Below, one piece after another: positions 37,791 through 50,348 of a stretch of 64,000 nt of DNA; position 1 is the first letter of the stretch, and each line of letters opens with the position of its first letter. The notes below the pieces were generated by a model. It did not search any database. It was not told the DNA's origin and saw only the letters and a program-made list of their open reading frames with translations. The position numbers and the translations under genes were made by a program. Source of the DNA: Podarcis vaucheri (Eukaryota); assembly GCA_965113315.1 (NCBI GenBank), contig OZ220366.1, one strand, 5' to 3'.

Positions 37791-40700
37791 ATGTGACCAA
37801 AGAGTGTCCTTATCACAATTTGGCCTCAATTATTTATCCCACCATATCTTGTGCTTCCTGCCTGGACTAACAGCCAACCTATACAAATGCCACTCCAAAC
37901 ACCCAACTCCAAACAGAATGAAGTAGGTAAAAAAGGGGAACCCCAAGGCCAAAACAGGCCCCCAAAGAAGAATTCCTACTCAACTCCCAAACTAGCAAAG
38001 CCCATACAGCTTAAGGAAGGAGAGCCAGAACACTTAAGAAAAGACTGGAATGTTTGGGGAGAAGCATGGCTTATAAAGGCTTGCTTCCCCCTCCTCTCTT
38101 CCTATTGGTCCAACTCGTCAGCTGGCCAATCTTCAACTCCACCCTGGGACAAACCAACTGAGTCTTCTCCAAAGGGGAGTTGGGGTGTGGTAAATGTGGC
38201 AGCAGCATTGGCTGAAAAACCACCAACATATTCCTTGCTGGAAGTTCACACTAATCAAATTTGGCAATGCCCAGAGGTGATGGAGTAATTCTCAACTTTT
38301 TAGCGGAAGATATTCCAGCCTCCAACCATCCCCAGGTCTTTCTTCAGACACAGGGAATGTTCCTTGTAAATTATTTTAAAGCCTAACTATGCATTGAGCT
38401 ACACGTGTTTGTTTGTTTTTTATCCTAGGTGGGAGAGGGGCAATTTGTATTGCAAATGTGGCAGGTCAGGAATAGCGGTTTAACCCTTCCCTCACCAGTC
38501 ATGATCCTGATGGAAACTGTACTTCCCACACTGAGTTAGCAAATAAAATAACTCCCCTTGATGCCAATGGAACCTTTCCCCCAAATTGCTGCCTGCAGTA
38601 TGGGAGCACTTTTCATCAGGATTGTGGCTGGGAAGGAAAGTGTTACTTTCTTTCTGCATGTGGCAAAAAGTCATTCAATTAATGTAATGTATGGTGAAGT
38701 TTTTTAAGTGTTGGCATTTCTAATTTTCATCCTTATTGCCATTATCCCATGAAAACCAAAGGTGGTCATATCAGGTAAGGGGGAGATCATGAGAAATCAA
38801 GTTATTATTATTATTTTTTAAAGGGATATTCCAGTTCTTTAGTCCTGTGTAACATCTTTCAGAATATATTGGTTTCTGTATTGATAGCCCCAATCTACAA
38901 ATGTAAAAATGAAACATTTTGTGTTGTGTTATTTTTCTGAGTTTTGCGTTAGGGTGGAAAGATATGTATCACTGTTCATTATATCAACATTTGATTAATT
39001 AAGAAGTTCTTTTACATGGAAATGGTACACAGCTAATGAAGATGCAAAGACTTGTCAGCACAGCAATTGGCTCACAAAGCTGTTATATAAAAGGTCTAGA
39101 AAACGGCAGTATTAATTTGTTCCCAATAAATTCTGGCTGGGTTCCTGATTTCTCATTTTCTTTACCCTACCTGCAGGATAATACACTTGCAGGAATGCAG
39201 CTAATAATGCTTGGGATGTGTGTTTATGGCACCTTTACCCACAGAAAATTGCCTTGGTCTTATTAAAGCAGCCAAACTCTGCCGTCTAGCTGGAGATTCT
39301 TATCAAAGTTTCACTGATGTATATCCAAAACAAAGCTATTGCAAGTGAGTTAAACTTTACCACAGTGTCATTAAAATCAGAATTCATTATAACCCCTTCC
39401 CCACTCATCAAGATATAATGGGTGCTTTCCACATCCCACTGAAGTGAACCACAGTACTTCCAGTGAGTTACCAAAGCAACAGACAGACCTTCCTTTAAAA
39501 AATAAAACCTGCTATAGAGAACTGTAGGGGGAAGTAGGGTAGTGTGCACTTTATCTCCTGATCTGCCACTGCTGGGCCCAGATCCACATGTGCAGAAGCA
39601 AAGCCAATCCATACCATACGTTTAAAGCACACTTAAATCACTTGATCAATAATGGCTTGATCTGAAGAATCCTGAGAACTGTAGTTTGTTAAGGGGTACT
39701 GAGAGTTGCCAGAAGACCCCCTCACAGAGCTATAATTCACAGCGTCCTTGAACTACAGTACCCAGGATTCTTTGGGAGAAGGCATGAATGGTAAAGCAGC
39801 AGTATCCCTGCCACTTCATAACATCCCTTGGGCCAGGTGGAGAGGTTTGGATTTCAGCCCAAGTGTGGTAGTTATTGGCAGTAACCAACAGCAGCTTTCT
39901 TTCTGAATTCTTTAACTATGGCGTCTCTGCCATCACCTGCACTGGAGAAGCTACAATTAGTATTTCCATGGACCACCATTCTCTTCAGTGCTTCTGGTTG
40001 AAGCACAAGGATTTATGTTTGTGCAATGGGACTTTCCCCCTTCTCCTCCTTCACGCGCCACCTGCGGGAGAGCACTCAGAGTAGATTAGGAGAAGGTGTG
40101 GTGTCTGTGTAAGGGAAAGTCCTCATGCAATGGGACACTTACTTAGCACTGCATTGGACACAAGCCAGTCTTTCTGGCCAGTCTTTCAGAGTGCCATTCA
40201 AGCAGCGGCATAAAGGAGAAGAGAAGAATGGCCCTTTGATTTATTTTTCTAGGCATGTGTTATCATCCATCTATTTTTCTATATAAAAGACACTTATACG
40301 TTATGCCACCACTCCTTTTCATTTACCTCAGTGTGAATAATCTGTATATCCAAATTTCAGATATATATGCAGGTGTGGGGGTGGGGTTTCTATTTGATCA
40401 AGGGTATAGTTTACTTCTGTTATGTTTTTATTTCTCATCTCTCTCAAAAAAAGTTATTGAGGTGTAGTAAGTACAAAGTATTACTTTTTTAAAAAGGTGT
40501 GCTGTTTGGAGTTGGGTGATGGGTTTTGTTTTGTTTTTACCAACTAATATTAATATCCTTCCAGCATTCTCTGTCAAGGTATCAATCAATGTCATTAAAC
40601 TCATGATTACTTTCCAGGTAGGCAAAATGATGAATTGCCAATGTGACAAGCAATTATAATCCACACATTTATTTTTAAAAAAACAAGGTGAGGAAGTCAC

Positions 40701-40971
40701 ACAGATCAGGCATCTTTCAAACATGTTCGAAACAAACATTGCACATGAGACCCAATATTGCCCATTACCCAGAAGCAAAAAGGCAAGAGCCAGGATATTG
40801 GGGGAGAGCAGCCACTATGTGGCAAATCAATACTCATCAAACGGGGTAGGGGGTTTCAGTCCATGAATGTTACATTTAAAAATTACGCTCTTTTCCGCAT
40901 GGCTTTTGACAGTTCTCTTTTGACATTTACGTTCCATTGAAATGTATTGAAGTTAATTATACAATTAATTA

Positions 40972-41129
40972 CATGTTGGAAGATTCAGGACAGATAAAAG
41001 AACATATTTCTTCATGTAGTGCATAGTTAAACAATGGAGCTGATTCCCACAGGAGTCAGTGATGGCAACCAACTTGGATGGCTTTAAAAGAGGATTAGAC
41101 AAATTCTTGCAGGACAAGGCTACCAATGG
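40972..41129 (+). mobile_element. CR1 LINE 3' fragment
   Basis: agattcaggacagataaaag...ttggatggctttaaaagaggattagacaaattc matches the CR1 ORF2 end (FK.GLDKF). Confidence 0.7.
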
Positions 41130-41513
41130 GACAAAAATTGCTGCCTCCTTACATCCCTACTTTCTTTCAGTAAGTTATTAGGTCTTATAGATAGAACTGA
41201 AGATGTTAGTCAAAACATGCAGGCCCTATTCTGATCGTTTGTTTTGTGAGACATGAACCCACCTTTCAGTGCTTTTAGCTAACCAGTGAAATCATAGCAG
41301 TGGCTGACATTGAGGAAAGCAGATCTAGCCAACTGGACAGAAGGGAGCTGTAGCAACACACCCATTACCCATATAGGGAACTTCTTGGCTCATTTTAAAG
41401 CCTTTTCTGCTGGTCTTCCCAAGTGGAGAACTAATTGTTGCCCAACAGAAAACAATTCAAGTATCCTGGATTTCAGTGCAGCTGTGCTTAGGCAAAAGGT
41501 ACCCCAGGAACAA

Positions 41514-41751
41514 CTCCTGCCAACCTAGCAGTTCGAAAGCACGTCAAAGTGCAAGTAGTTAAATAGGAACCGCTCTGGCGGGAAGGTAAATAGCATTTCC
41601 GTGCGCTGCTCTGGTTCACCAGAAGAAGCTTAGGCATGCTGGCCACATGACCCAGAAGCTGTACGCCGGCCAATAAAGCGAGATGAGTGCCGCAACCCCA
41701 GAGTCAGTCACAACTGGACCTAATGGTCAGAGGTCCCTTTACCTTTACCTT
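41514..41751 (+). mobile_element. 5'-truncated Sauria SINE
   Basis: Body plus (ACCTTT)n tail. 14-bp TSD taccccaggaacaa. Confidence 0.92.
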
Positions 41752-42188
41752 TACCCCAGGAACAAAGGTAGCAACAGAAATGGAGATTCATTATATTTCT
41801 AAGACTGATCTTTTTTCATAGCCACCCCCCAAGTGATTCTACCCATGAGTTTAGAAAATTACCCTGCCAGCACTAATGCAGATAAAGATTTCTATACCAA
41901 TATTGGAGTAGCTGTGGTTGAGAGAGTATCAGTTACATCAGCTCTGCAAAGTAACTGTGGTTGCACCGATTTACTGGAGGTGGGGCATTTGGGTGGTGCA
42001 TTATATCTCTGTTTTTATTTTAGAAGGTGCAGTGGGTAGGTGTGGTTGTGATGGATGATTAATGAACTGCACTGCTGCTGTGAGACAAAAGTCCCAGACT
42101 CACCTGAGGCCCAGTTTGTTGCCCAGCATGGAGACAGATGGAGAAGAGCAATGAGTGCACCACCCTTTCCCATAATACCTAATAGAAC

Positions 42189-42500
42189 CAGGGTCAGATT
42201 TAGGTTTGATGAAGCCCTAAGCTACTGAAGGTAATGGGGCCCTTTATATGTCCAGCTGTCCTTTGTCAACAACACATTGTTGCTGTCTTTCATGTTGAAT
42301 ATATGCTATATGGTAATTTATGGACCTAATAGGTATCCAAAGCCATTTGCACATAACAAAATATGGAATTTATCAAAGTAATTGTTGAACTCAAATACAA
42401 TTAAGAAGAAGTATATTAATAGTGAAATTTTTTGGGGGGGAGCCAAGAGAGTGGGGCCCTAAGATATAGCTTGTTTAGCTTATATGTAAATCTGGCACTG
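42189..42500. mobile_element. hAT MITE
   Basis: TIRs cagggtcagattta / taaatctggcactg. Perfect 8-bp TSD aatagaac. Confidence 0.85.
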
Positions 42501-44343
42501 AATAGAACTCTTGCAGTCATATGAAATCATGAGCTAATTCAAAATTCTCTTCTAATAGCTTCTGTGAGCATACAAATAAAAGTAACGAACCCAATCTGAT
42601 AGAATAACTTATCTTTTCCATTAAGCTTCTTATCTTTCTCCATTTTTTATGGAAGTGGACATGTCCACCAGGTATTATAGAAATCACTCTGTTTCCTTTA
42701 ACATTTCCAGTAACTAGAATTATGCTTCATGTCTAGCTTTGCTTGAGTATGCGGCACCTAACCATCATTTTAAAGCAATTTCCCTGATACAGATATTCAA
42801 AGGTGCATACAAGCATTTGAGAGTTATGCCCTATATTTTGTAGTGTACCCAGACATTTCCAATTAGTCACAGCTTTAAAATTATATGAAGTGAAAATAGC
42901 AAAAATACATTACTTTAGGGACAATTGCTTGCCGAAATGTGTATATTAGTCAAAAATGCATAAAAATGTATTTATTGGAAGAAATTGACACTAAAATGCT
43001 GGCAAATTTTCATGAGAATTTTTTTTAAAAAATGGCAAATTGCTGCATAAATGTGGAGAAATGAATTTAAGGTTGAGAAAAGAAACTGAGAGAAACTGAA
43101 CGTGACAGTTATCTATCCCTAATTTATACACTTGTTTACTATGTACTTCATTAAGGGTTAAGCCTTAGCAACCAGCAGCAAGTCTTATCATTTCCACCAC
43201 TACCACAATTCAGATGTTCACAGATCCCAGTTTTACTTTGGATGATCCAAAGCCAAAGCAACATTTATAAAAATATGTTTATTTGGCTAGTATCCCCTTC
43301 TTAATTCAGCAGAGCTCTTGATTACATTCCTTTCCTCCTGTCACAACAAGGAGTGAAAACTGGGCTGTCTGAACAGAAATGGCTCAATTTTGCATTTCCT
43401 TGCTATTTGGTCTCTACATTGCTCCAACTGCATGCTTTCACCCATTAGTGTAATTTTGAACTATGAATATATTTTAAACGAAGTCTCTCTCTTCTGCTGT
43501 TGTGAAGGCTTTAATTGCCATGCCCAAATACCGTTTTATCCATTTGAAAAGATAATGGCATTTAGATCATTGAAAAAGCACTTGGCTCTCTTTTAATAAA
43601 TTTGCATTCCTGATGCGGACTAAAAATTTATGGTCCACCCCCTCCCTTTAGATGAAGCACATTTAGAAAGATGAGCTCTCAATGCATTATAAGGAAGCTT
43701 TAGTTTTAGTTATGGAGAAACAGAGAACAAAGTTGTCCTTTCTGCTTCCCATTTGCAAACCTGACACTTTTAATTTTGGGGGAAAACTGCTCATAAACAA
43801 GAACCTCAGCTACAACTTCCCATTTAAAAATTGCAGCAGTTTAGACTACATTGATCTCTGACGTCTTTAGCATTCCAGAAAAAATTAATGTGCAACATTC
43901 TAAAAGCAAACATATTGGAATGCAATTATGTCAGTGTCAGTAGAGTCTCCTTTGAAAGAAAATTTACTTGGGAGTACCTTACCTTTTACCAGAAAGAAAG
44001 AGAGAGAAGAAAGCTTGAATTGTCTTTAGCAGCTTATACAGGGGATTGCAACAGTATGTCTAACGGAAATACACAAACAGCAACCCAGAAAGCTGAAGTC
44101 ATTTATTTCCAAAGTAATTAGCAATCTGATACAATAAAATTCCTTTAGTATTCTAATAAAGTTTTAAAGCTTTGACTGCTCTTTAATGTGAATTACTATT
44201 GAACAAGATTTTGTCTCAGAAAATGTTGGGGGTGGATCTATAGCATAAGATCAGGAGGCAGGCTGATCTTCACTGAGGAATGCACTCCTTCTGCACTTGT
44301 AGATTCACCACTGCCAAGTATTCACACTGCCTTCTGCCTGGAG

Positions 44344-45039
44344 AACAACAACAACAACAACAACAATTAATACCCCGCCCATCTGGCTAGGTTTCCCCAG
44401 CCACTCTGGGCAGCTTCTAACAAAATATTAAAAAGACAATAAAACATCAAACATTAACAACTTCCCTCAGCAGGGCTGCCTTTAGATGTCTTCTAAAAGT
44501 CAGATAGTTGTTTATTTCCTTGACATCTGATGGGAGGGCATTCCACAGGGCGGGCGCCACTACTGAGAAGGCCCTCTGCCTGGTTCCCTGTAACTTCACT
44601 TCTTGCAGTAACCACCAGAAGACCCCCAGAGGAGTACCTCAGTGTCCGGGTTGAACAATGGGGGTGGAGACGCTCCTTCAGTTTTACTGGGCCAAGGCCA
44701 TTTAGGGCTTTAAAGATTAGCAGCAACACTTTGAATTGTGCTCTGAAACGTACTGGGAGCCAATGTAGATCCTTCAGGACTGGTGTTATATGGTCTTGGT
44801 GGCCACTCCCAGTCACCAGTTTAGCTGCCGCATTATGGATTAGTTGCAGTTTCTGGGTCACCTTCAAAGGTAGCCTCATATAGAGCACATTGCAGTAGTC
44901 CAAGCGAGATATAACTAGAGCAGGCACTACTCTGGTGAGACGGTCTGCAGGCAGGTTGGGTCTCAGCCAGTGTACCAGATGAAGCTGGTAGACAGCTGCC
45001 CTGGACACAGAATTGACCTGTGCCTTCATGGACAGCTGT
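44344..45039 (-). mobile_element. L2 LINE 3' fragment
   Basis: ORF 44493-45059: ALVISRLDYCNVLY...QKLQLIHNAAAKLVTG...HITPVLKDLHWLPVRFRAQFKVLLLIFKALNGLGP. Microsatellite tail at 44344. Confidence 0.95.
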
Positions 45040-45269
45040 ATTCCCTCAGCTAGGCTCACTTATGGTTTAAAGCCCCACTAGGTAACAATTGCCCATCAAG
45101 CAAGGAAATCCATCAACCTCCCAACCTCATTTCCATACAAAGCCACCGGACACCAGATTGACTCCCAAATATGTAATGGTATGAAATTTGATCTTTATTT
45201 ATCAAAACGTGATTGGTCCCCCTTTCGGTCCCTCAAGAAACATATTCCAGCAAAAAGGCTAACGTATAT

Positions 45270-45294
<25 letters not shown>
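45270..45294. repeat. (TA)n microsatellite
   Basis: Perfect dinucleotide run. Confidence 0.9.
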
Positions 45295-45300
<6 letters not shown>

Positions 45301-46676
45301 AAGCCGGAAGCCATAAAAGCAGAATAGCATAGTCAGCAGGGTTAAAACTGTATATGAAAAGCTTGGGGAAAATAGAAAGCTCTCTGGCTTGTACCCAGAG
45401 GGCAATGAGGCAGGCAAGCCTCTCTTATTGGGGTAAGCTTATTATTTATCCTTAATTGATCACATAAGCTATTGGAATGTACTCTGATCTCTGAATTGCA
45501 GGAGAACACAGGCATTGCCTTGCAGCTGGACTTTCAACATATTAATACAATTGGGGAGCAATCTAAGCTCCCCCCCCCCGGCCTGGCAGGCTTTACAGGG
45601 TGGCTTGGCCACCACTCCCTATGTAGCCCTGCTTCACACAGTGGCCAAGGTGAAACAAGGGCTGCAGGCAGATCACTGTATCAGCCTGAAACTAGCACAG
45701 CCATTGTCCCTGGATTGTGCCTAGTGCCATCATGCAATGACAGCAGGGCCATCTGGTGGGCTTAGCCTTGCTCCATGAAAACTCCATTTTGATGTTTTCT
45801 GGTGACTGGCACTGGCAGGGATCCCATTGGAGTCAGCAATGTAGATTTGGTAGGTGGAAGGGGAGCTCTTCATCAGCGGAAGGAAACCAGAATCCCTTCA
45901 CTGACGGTCTCTCTGTTGGGAGGCTGATAGAAGTTGATTCGGTTGGTGGAGGGACACTCCTGCCCACTCCAACCCCCCATGACCACAGCAAAGAAATTAG
46001 GATTGCTCTGTTAATATCCCAAGCCGAGAGGAATTTGAGGGATTGTAATTCCCTGCTTCTTGTTTCAGACAAGCATTACGAGTCACCAAGATTCATCTTA
46101 TAATTATGATGGTTAATGACATATCTGCTATGTGGAGTCTAGTGGTCATATTTGCCCTTTTCTCAGCCCCTTTTAATTCCATTATGCCCTCTGAAACAGA
46201 TGTTTAGCTGCTTGGAGATGAGAGCTCATCTGTTCACATTGATTATTGTCCGAGCCAGAGGGATAGGCATGATTGCAAATGTAAATCAATCAATGAGCCT
46301 CCTTTTTTACAATGACTTATGGAGAGCGCATTCTTGCTTGGATCAGTGGACAAGGTTTTCCTAAGTCATTTACACACCTGAGGGGAAAAGTCAAAATGGC
46401 ATCTTGCCCCACTCATTTTTTTTAATAAAAAAGAAAAATACTACTATTAAATGACCTAAGTTACATAAAGATATACATAAAGACAAAGAGAGGGAAGTGG
46501 CGGCTGGGGTGTGTGGGGGTGTGGAGAAAGCTAACTGAACATAATTCCATCAAATTATGTCATACTTGTACAAATAAGAGTAATAATAAAAATGTCTTCT
46601 TGACTATTTCATCCTAAAGTCAAGGAAGGTGTTAGCGTAAACAAGACATATGATTGTATCTTACCTTGGAATTATA

Positions 46677-47024
46677 TAAAGTAAAGGTAAAGGGACCCCT
46701 GACCATTAGATCCCGACTCTGGGGTTGCGGCGATCATCTCGCTTTATTGGCCGAGGGAGCTGGTGTACAGCTTCCAGGTCATGTGGCCAGCATGACTAAG
46801 CTGCTTCCTGCGAACCAGAGCAGCGCACAGAAACACCGTTTACCTTCCCGCCGGAGCGGTACCTATTTATCTACTTGCACTTTGACGTGCTTTCGAACTG
46901 CTAGGTTGGCAGGAGCAGGGACTGAGCAATGGGAGCTCACCCTGTCGCAGGGATTCGAACCGCCAACCTTCTGATCGGCAAGTCCTAGGCTCTGTGGTTT
47001 AACCCACAGCGCCACCCGCGTCCC
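46677..47024 (-). mobile_element. Sauria SINE (Podarcis-type), full length, young
   Basis: Head gggacgcgggtggcgctgtgggttaaaccacagagcctagg. Perfect 17-bp TSD cttaccttggaattata. Confidence 0.95.
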
Positions 47025-49679
47025 CTTACCTTGGAATTATAGATTCCAGTAATTCACAGACTCCACCTTACAATAAATTTGTCTGCAGCATGATTTTCTT
47101 TGCACCACTTATATAGCAGGAATGGGGAATCTTTTTTTTCCGCCTGAGGCCACATTCCCTTCTGGACAACCTCCCAGAAAACATATACCAGTGGTGAGGA
47201 GGAGGGAAGCAAAGGCAAAAGTGTTCCGAGCAGTGAAGATGAACATTATCTTTGCATAGTAAGCTAGATTCTTCACATTCAGCAAAAGCCTGTTGGAACA
47301 AGAAAGTCTTCATCTGCTGACAGAAGCATGATAAGGAGAGAGCTGCTCTAGCTTATCCAGGGAGGGAGTTCCAAAGTCTGGAAGCAGCACCAAGAAGGTC
47401 CTCTCTTGTGTCCTGTGAGGGTGGTGGGGTGAAGAGATCCATCTTTTCTTTATCCTCCATCCAGACAAGCAAGTGGGCTTTGCAGAGTGCAAAGTCACAT
47501 TCCAGCCGGGCAAACAGTTGATGAAAATGGAAAGCAAGGTTAGTAAGGGGTGTGCGCCTTGGAGGGTGTTTGTCTGACAGACAATGTGCTACATTTGGCC
47601 CCATTGCCTGAGGTTTCCCATCCCTGGCCAGTATGTCCCATTTGTTCATGGTGCCATTTTCCACACTTCATCATACCACTGGAATTTCCTCCCCTTGTTT
47701 TTAAAATGATACCCAAAGCCAAATTCAATAAGAACTGCCTTGTTGGTTGAGTTCATAGGCTCCTTCCAGGACTACCATTCTAAGATTGCCCCATTACATC
47801 TTTTTATAGGAACAGCATGATAGAAAAGCAGTTGATTCTCTTCCTCAGGGGAATTAAATCAAACTCCTCCAAAGGGCAAGGTTGTTTTCAGTGGTTGTCT
47901 CTGGCATCTGAATGGCACACCTCAATATTTCCTCCCTACTCAACAATCAACAAGCATGTCTTTCTAAAAAAAAATCTCCCCCTACTTCCAGCCGCACAAT
48001 AAACCCAACATGCTTTCATCCCGTCGAAATCAATACCCTTTACACAGGTGGATAAAAGCATGACTATACCTCTGTTCTTAAACCTAAGCTCCTACAGAGA
48101 CAAGAAAGCCATCTTTTAATACCTGTGAATCTGAGATCCCTGCATGGGTACAAACACTAAGCACTAAACCTGGGCATGCCGAGTGATCAATGGTTTCTTT
48201 TTCTGAAAGTGAAGCCCTACAAAAGCACAGCAGTGTAGTTCTTCTGTCTTCATCATTCTGCTGTACTTTGAACAGAATCCTATTTACGGCAAATGATGAT
48301 GGATTGAAAAGGTTATCTTGCTGAGATCAGCACCTTTGGTGCTTGCCAGCTGAGTGACCCCCTCGGTTGATGGATAGAGTACAAGTTTCCCCTAAATGTT
48401 CGGTAAGGAAGAGCAAAATTGATGTCTTCACCCTTTCCGCCTCTGCAGATATGTTAAGTCTCTTTTTTAATAATAAAAAAACCTACCCCAAAAGTGTTAT
48501 GCTGCACAATATTATCCACTTGCATCATTGTTGTTGTTATCTGCTATCTCCATCCAGGTAGGTCACAGCTGTCATATCATGCTAATACAAGGGAAATGGA
48601 GTCAAAAGGTAACTTGAGCCTCTCATGATTCAGAAGGCTGCTTGATCCAGGGATGTGAAAGAAGTTGCACATGACATGGGCTGGGGCTGGGGTTTCTCTT
48701 TCTTTCTAAACAGAAGCTCATATTACATATCATAAGACATAAATGTAGAAATTGAGGTTGGGCAGAAAAAAAATCCCCACAGACATCAGGATGTTAATCC
48801 AATATGCCCACTCAACAAATAATGAGGAGATTTCCCATATATCGCATACCACATTTTACACAGTTTGAAGCAATTAAGATTTTTCTAAGGTAAGCAATTT
48901 TTATGTAGCCATATAAAAGTAAACACAGGGAGCTAGTTATAATCACTGCTTGTTAGAGAAAACAATTTTTATTGAACCAAAGAATCTCTGAAGTGCTCTA
49001 TATTTTACAGATGCTTACAATAACCAACTTAGGGATAGAAATTGCTTAATAAAAAAATATTGTCATGTTTTGCTGGAGGTAGAGTATGCATATTCAGATG
49101 CTTTAAAAGTAGTAAATCTTCCCCCTTTATGATTTGAATCTCACAATTTGGAGATGATCTGAATCTCAAATTATTTGTAGCACCTTTTCATTGAAAGGCT
49201 ATTTCCCTTTTACTGCCATCCTTGAGTGTCAGGCACCAGTTTGTGGGTGTCCATGTGCAAGTTAAATCAAACATCATCCTCACTCGGATGTGTGTCCTCC
49301 TTTAGCTATCAGTACATAGCAGAGACATCACAGAGACGGTGAGGATCGTCTTTGCATTTTGTGGATATGCCATTAAAAGGTCCTAGCTTGTCATACCCCT
49401 GGCTGCACTTTGCTATTAAAATGAAACACTTTCTATATTGACATTGCAAAACTATTTTGGTGAACTATATTTTGGCAGGGAACAGGGGGAGGACCGTGCA
49501 GGGAGAGGAAAGGGAGGGGAACTTCTGTTGGACAGTCAGAAGTCCTTGAACATCACTGGATATTGGCCACATAACTTGTACTGTGCAGACTAGCCATTTG
49601 AGCATTTCAGGGATGGTGAACCTGTAGCCCTCCTGATGTTGTTGGATTCCAACTCACATCAACTTCAGCAAGCAAGAGA

Positions 49680-50348
49680 TTATACGATATGATATCTTTA
49701 TTGTTATTGTCCCTTGCGGAACAATGAAAATGAAAAACTACATAAAACTACCACAAAACTACATAAAACTGCATAAAACTACTATAAAACTACAGAAAAC
49801 ATTCAAAAACCCCTAAAAACTCTAAAACCCCATTTTAAAATACACTATACTACAGAGACCCCTTATGCTGTGTTTAGAGCCAGAATTGCATTAGCGTAGA
49901 AACTGTTTCTCAGGCGGCTAGTCCTGGCCTTTATAACCCTATACCTTCTTCCAGAAGGCAGAAGCTGAAAGAGATCATTTCCGGGGTGCGTACTATCCTG
50001 CGCTATCTCTGCTGCTTTCTTATGGTACCTGGCAGCATAGATTTGATCTAAGGTGGGAAGAGTGCACCCAATTATTCTCTCTGCAGTCTTTACAACCCTG
50101 GATAGCATTGTTTTTTCCCTGGCTGTGCAGCTCCCAAACCACACACACAGACCATAAGTTAGTACGCTCTCCACAGTGCAATGGTAAAATGCCATCAACA
50201 GGTCCTTTGAGAGATTGTTTTTCTGGAGGATTCTCAGAAAATATAACCTCTGCTGTGCTCTCTTCACCAGGTCTTTGCTGTTCTCTCCCCAGGTTAGGTC
50301 GTCTCTCAACTCCATTCCCAGAAATCAAAACACCGAGACCTGTTCCAT
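49680..50348 (-). mobile_element. Rex1/Babar-clade LINE 3' fragment nested in a small palindromic MITE
   Basis: Peptide EQVSVF*FLGMELRDDLTW...VKRAQQRLYFLRIL...FYHCTVESVLTYGLCVWFGSC...HPGNDLFQLLPSGRRYR...TSRLRNSFY. Natural stop, tandem-repeat 3' UTR and AATAAA. Confidence 0.9.

Larger units (their letters stand above)
37019..38341 (-). mobile_element. Older, divergent relative of the 56.4/59.0-kb element (interrupted by a Sauria SINE)
   Basis: Shares the 5' aaagac start, the gtaggaatt...ttttt(a)cctac stem motif and an AATAAA near the 3' end. Has CCAAT boxes plus tttataa at ~38071-38130. Boundaries are tentative. Confidence 0.4.

Noticed and set aside
49734-49830. CRISPR-like or satellite array
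   Set aside because: Short degenerate tandem units with no spacers, lying in a LINE 3' UTR of a eukaryote.
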